Below, piece after piece: positions 61,001 to 64,000 of a stretch of DNA of 64,000 nt. The stretch is from positions 116,748,001 to 116,812,000 of the forward strand of contig NC_086107.1 in NCBI RefSeq assembly GCF_963921235.1, written 5' to 3'. Below the pieces are notes generated by a model that saw only the letters and a list, made by a program, of their open reading frames with translations, ran no database searches and was not told the DNA's origin. Each line of letters begins with the position of its first letter. Position 1 is the stretch's first letter. Origin of the DNA: Mobula hypostoma. Taxonomy: Eukaryota. The translations under genes were made by a program, and so were the position numbers.

Positions 61001-61818
61001 ACCCAGTGTTTCCTGTTACCCCAGAAAAAGTCCACTAACTTCCTCTGCATTCTAGCAACTAAAGGGGCAGGAGGGGCGAAGGTGACCATCTGGTACCACA
61101 ACACGGAGGCCACCAGCTGGTTTACGACCACCACCCTGCCTCGATAGGAAAGCACCCTGAGAAGGCCTGACCAGCGCCCTAGCCGGCCCATGACCTTTGT
61201 CTCCAGGTCCTGCCAGTTCGCCAGCCAGGTCTCCCCAGAAGGACTCAGGTAGACTCCCAGATAGAGAAGACGACTGGTGCTCCACTCAGAAACTCTCATC
61301 TCCTCCGGCAGGGAGTCCACCTGCCACTGGCCGACTAAGAGTCTGGAACATTTCGCCCAGTTGATCCTAGCAGAGGATGCTGCCAAGAAAACTTCTTGGC
61401 ACTCACGCATCCTCCGCAGGTCTGTCTCACCCTGGGAGTGTGTGATGGAACGGTGTGGAGGGAGCTTCAGTGTGTCTGATCCCAGGAGTCTGTGATGGGA
61501 TGGTGTGGAGGGAGGTTCACTCTGTGTCTGACCCCAGGAGTGTGTGATGGAACGGTGTGGGGGGAGGTTCACTCTGTGTCTGACCCCAGGGCTGTCTGAT
61601 GGTTCGGTGGGGAGGGAGATTCACTCTGTGTCTGACCCCGGGAGTGTGTGATGGGACGGTGAGGAGGGAGATTCACTCTGTGTCTGACCCCGGGAGTGTG
61701 TGATGGGACGGTGTGGAGGGAGTTTCACTCTGTGTCTGACCCCGGGAGTGTGTGATGGGACGGTGTGGAGGGAGTTTCACTCTGTGTCTGACCCCGGGAG
61801 TGTGTGATGGGACGGTAT
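58058..61818 (+). repeat. 52-bp satellite (GGAGGGAGATTCACTCTGTGTCTGACCCCGGGAGTGTGTGATGGGACGGTGT), about 33 + 7 copies, split by a Tx1-like LINE
   Basis: Directly visible head-to-tail units with no unique spacers. Confidence 0.97.
59773..61422 (-). mobile_element. Tx1/L1-clade non-LTR retrotransposon, 5'-truncated and frameshifted ORF2
   Basis: ASSARINWAKCS, YLGVYL, LSYRGRVVVVNQLVASVLWY, DLGWRVLH, zinc knuckle ACHFC..ETVYHMYTEC; poly(A) tail seen as a T-run at 59773-59781. Confidence 0.9.
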
Positions 61819-62359
61819 GCATGTCCGGATAGAATGCTTTCTATGGAATATTGATAAAAATAGGGGGACATGACAAATTTCTTTAGCTTCCTAAGGAAGT
61901 CAAGGTGCTGCTAATGCTTTCTTGGTTTCTATGTGGTTTGACCAAGACAGGATATTGGTGATGTTCAGTCCTTGGACTTTGAAGCTCTCGACGCTTTTGA
62001 CCTCAGTACCGTGGATGTAGATAGGAGGGTGTTGGTAGCTGGAACGTGGTAGTGAGGTCAGAATCAATCAGCATGTTTAGATGGGAACATGTGCACTGCC
62101 CATCTTCCTGAAGTTGATGAGCTTGTTGGTTTTGCTGACGCTGAGGGAAAGGTTGTTGTCAGAACGCCATGTTACTAAGATTTCACTCTCCTTCCTGTAC
62201 TCTGATTTAAGAAGGTTGTTGGTAGAACATCATGTCACTAAGATCTCACTCTCCTTCCTGTCATCTGATTCATTGTTGTTTGAGTGGTTGCATTTGCAAA
62301 CTTGTAGATTTAAGAAGTCAAAAAATTCCTGGGAACTACAGACAATAATTTAAACATGC

Positions 62360-64000
62360 ATGGTCAGTAAGTTGTTGGAGTGGATTCTGTGGTATAAGAT
62401 ATACATACACTTGGAAAGAGAGGGATTGATTAGGGATAATTTGTGTGTAGGAGATCTTGCCTCATAAACTTGACAGAGTTTTCTTCTGAAGGTCGTTGAG
62501 AGCTGAGTAGTAGGCATGGTCTATATGGTGTTCAGTAAGGCCTTTGATAAGGTTCCACATGGTAGGGTGCTCTAGAAGTTTAAATCCAAAGGAATACAGG
62601 GAGAGCAGGACATTTGGACAAACAACTGGCTTGACAGTGGGGAGCAGAGGGTGAGGTTGGGAGGTTGTTTCTTGGACTGGAAGTCCGTGACTAGTGGTGA
62701 TCCTCAGGAGTCAGTGCTGGGCCCTTTGCTGTTGCCATCTGTATCAACTGTTTAGATAAGAATGTACAAGATGTGGTTGTTAAGTTTGTAGGTGACACTA
62801 CAATTGTTTGTGTGGTCATCAGTGCAGATGGCTATCAGGATTTACAGGGGGTTCTTGATCAGCTGGGAAAGTGGGCTGAAAAATGGCAAATGCAGTTTAA
62901 TTCTGATAAGTGCAAGGTGTTGTATTATGGAAAGACAAACCAGGGTAGGGCTTTCACAGTGAATGGCAGGACTCTGGGGAGTATTGTAGAATAGAGAGAC
63001 CAGGGGTTCCCTGAAAGTGGACAGGATGGTGAAAGTGTTTGGTATGTTGGCTTCATCATTCAGGGCATTGAGTACAGGTGTTGGGACGTTAGCTACAAGA
63101 CATTGGTGAGGCCACATTTAGAGTATTGTGTTCAGCTTTGGTTGTTCTACTGTAGGGTAGGTGCCATTGAAGTGGAAAGAGGGCAGAGGAGATTTAAGAA
63201 GATGTTGCTGGGACTCGTAATCTGTACGCTCTAATCCAGGATTGATGGTCTGGAAGTGTGAGGATCAGGTTGTGTCTGTACAGAGAAACTGGGGCAGGAA
63301 GGTAACTGATAAGTGTTGAGCTGTGGATGTTGTCTACATGGACTTTATAGTGGGGTGTTTGACAAGGTCCTTCATGGAAGGCTTAATCAGAAGTTAAGAT
63401 GCATGGGATCCACAGTGAATTGGCTGTTGGGGTTTGCTTGCCCATAGAAGATAGAGGGTGGTGGTTGATGGACTAAATCTGACTGGAGGTCTGTGACCAG
63501 TGGTATTCCACAGGGATCCAGCAGGGACCTCTGCCACTTGTTAGAGATAGAAATAACGTGGATGAAAATGTGAACAGGAGGATTGGTAAGTTTGCAAACA
63601 ATACAAAGATTGGTGGTGTTCTGGATAGTGTAGAAAACTGGCAAAAGATACAGCGGGATATAGATCAGTTTCAGATATGGGCAGAGAATTGTCAGATGGA
63701 GTTTAATCTGGACAAGTGTGAGGGGTTGCACTTTGAGAGATCAAATGTAAAGGGACAGGACAGAGTTAATGGCAGGACCCTTAACAGTGTTGACTTGCAG
63801 AAGGCTCAAGTCCACAGCTCCCTGGTAGGGGCTGCCCAGGTCGACAGGGTGCTAAAGACATACAGCATGCTTAGTTGAGAAGTTGGGAAGTCACACTACA
63901 GCTTTATAAAACTCTGGTCAGGCCAAACTTGGAGTATCACTTTCCCTTCCAAATGCCCCATTATAGGAAGAGCATGGAAGCTTTGGCAGGGTGCAGAAGA
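62360..64000 (+). mobile_element. Two degraded CR1 RT fragments
   Basis: KFVGDTT...WAEKWQMQFNSDKC and KFANNTKIGG...WAENCQMEFNLDKC. Confidence 0.85.

Noticed and set aside
58058..61818. CRISPR-like regular repeats
   Set aside because: Units are head-to-tail with no unique spacers, there are no cas genes, and the context is vertebrate. The same applies to the 29-bp and 37/39-bp arrays.

Overview
Repeat-dense vertebrate genomic DNA. The mix of CR1, Rex1/Babar, Penelope and V-SINE elements and the 52-bp satellite suggests a cartilaginous fish, probably a ray (inference). One complete, recognisable gene is present: INO80E on the minus strand (7 coding exons, 51757->21819, 771 nt, 256 aa, all introns GT-AG and phase-compatible), with an ETS/ZNF143/YY1 promoter at about 51760-51910. 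A second, unrecognised spliced locus at 1290-2328 (minus) encodes a very Cys-rich peptide ending ...CDCACAFQLPDCETTNCICFEIKLR*; its upstream exon has an in-frame TGA that needs explaining. The rest is nested retroelements (CR1, Rex1/Babar, RTE, Tx1/L1, SINEs), a Charlie-type hAT with TIRs and an 8-bp TSD, several VNTRs and G-rich arrays, and a family of short Penelope-like insertions carrying minimal hammerhead-ribozyme motifs, often as inverted repeats. The long ORFs in the supplied track are retroelement fragments or low-complexity artefacts. Exon boundaries were read base by base; most repeat boundaries are approximate.
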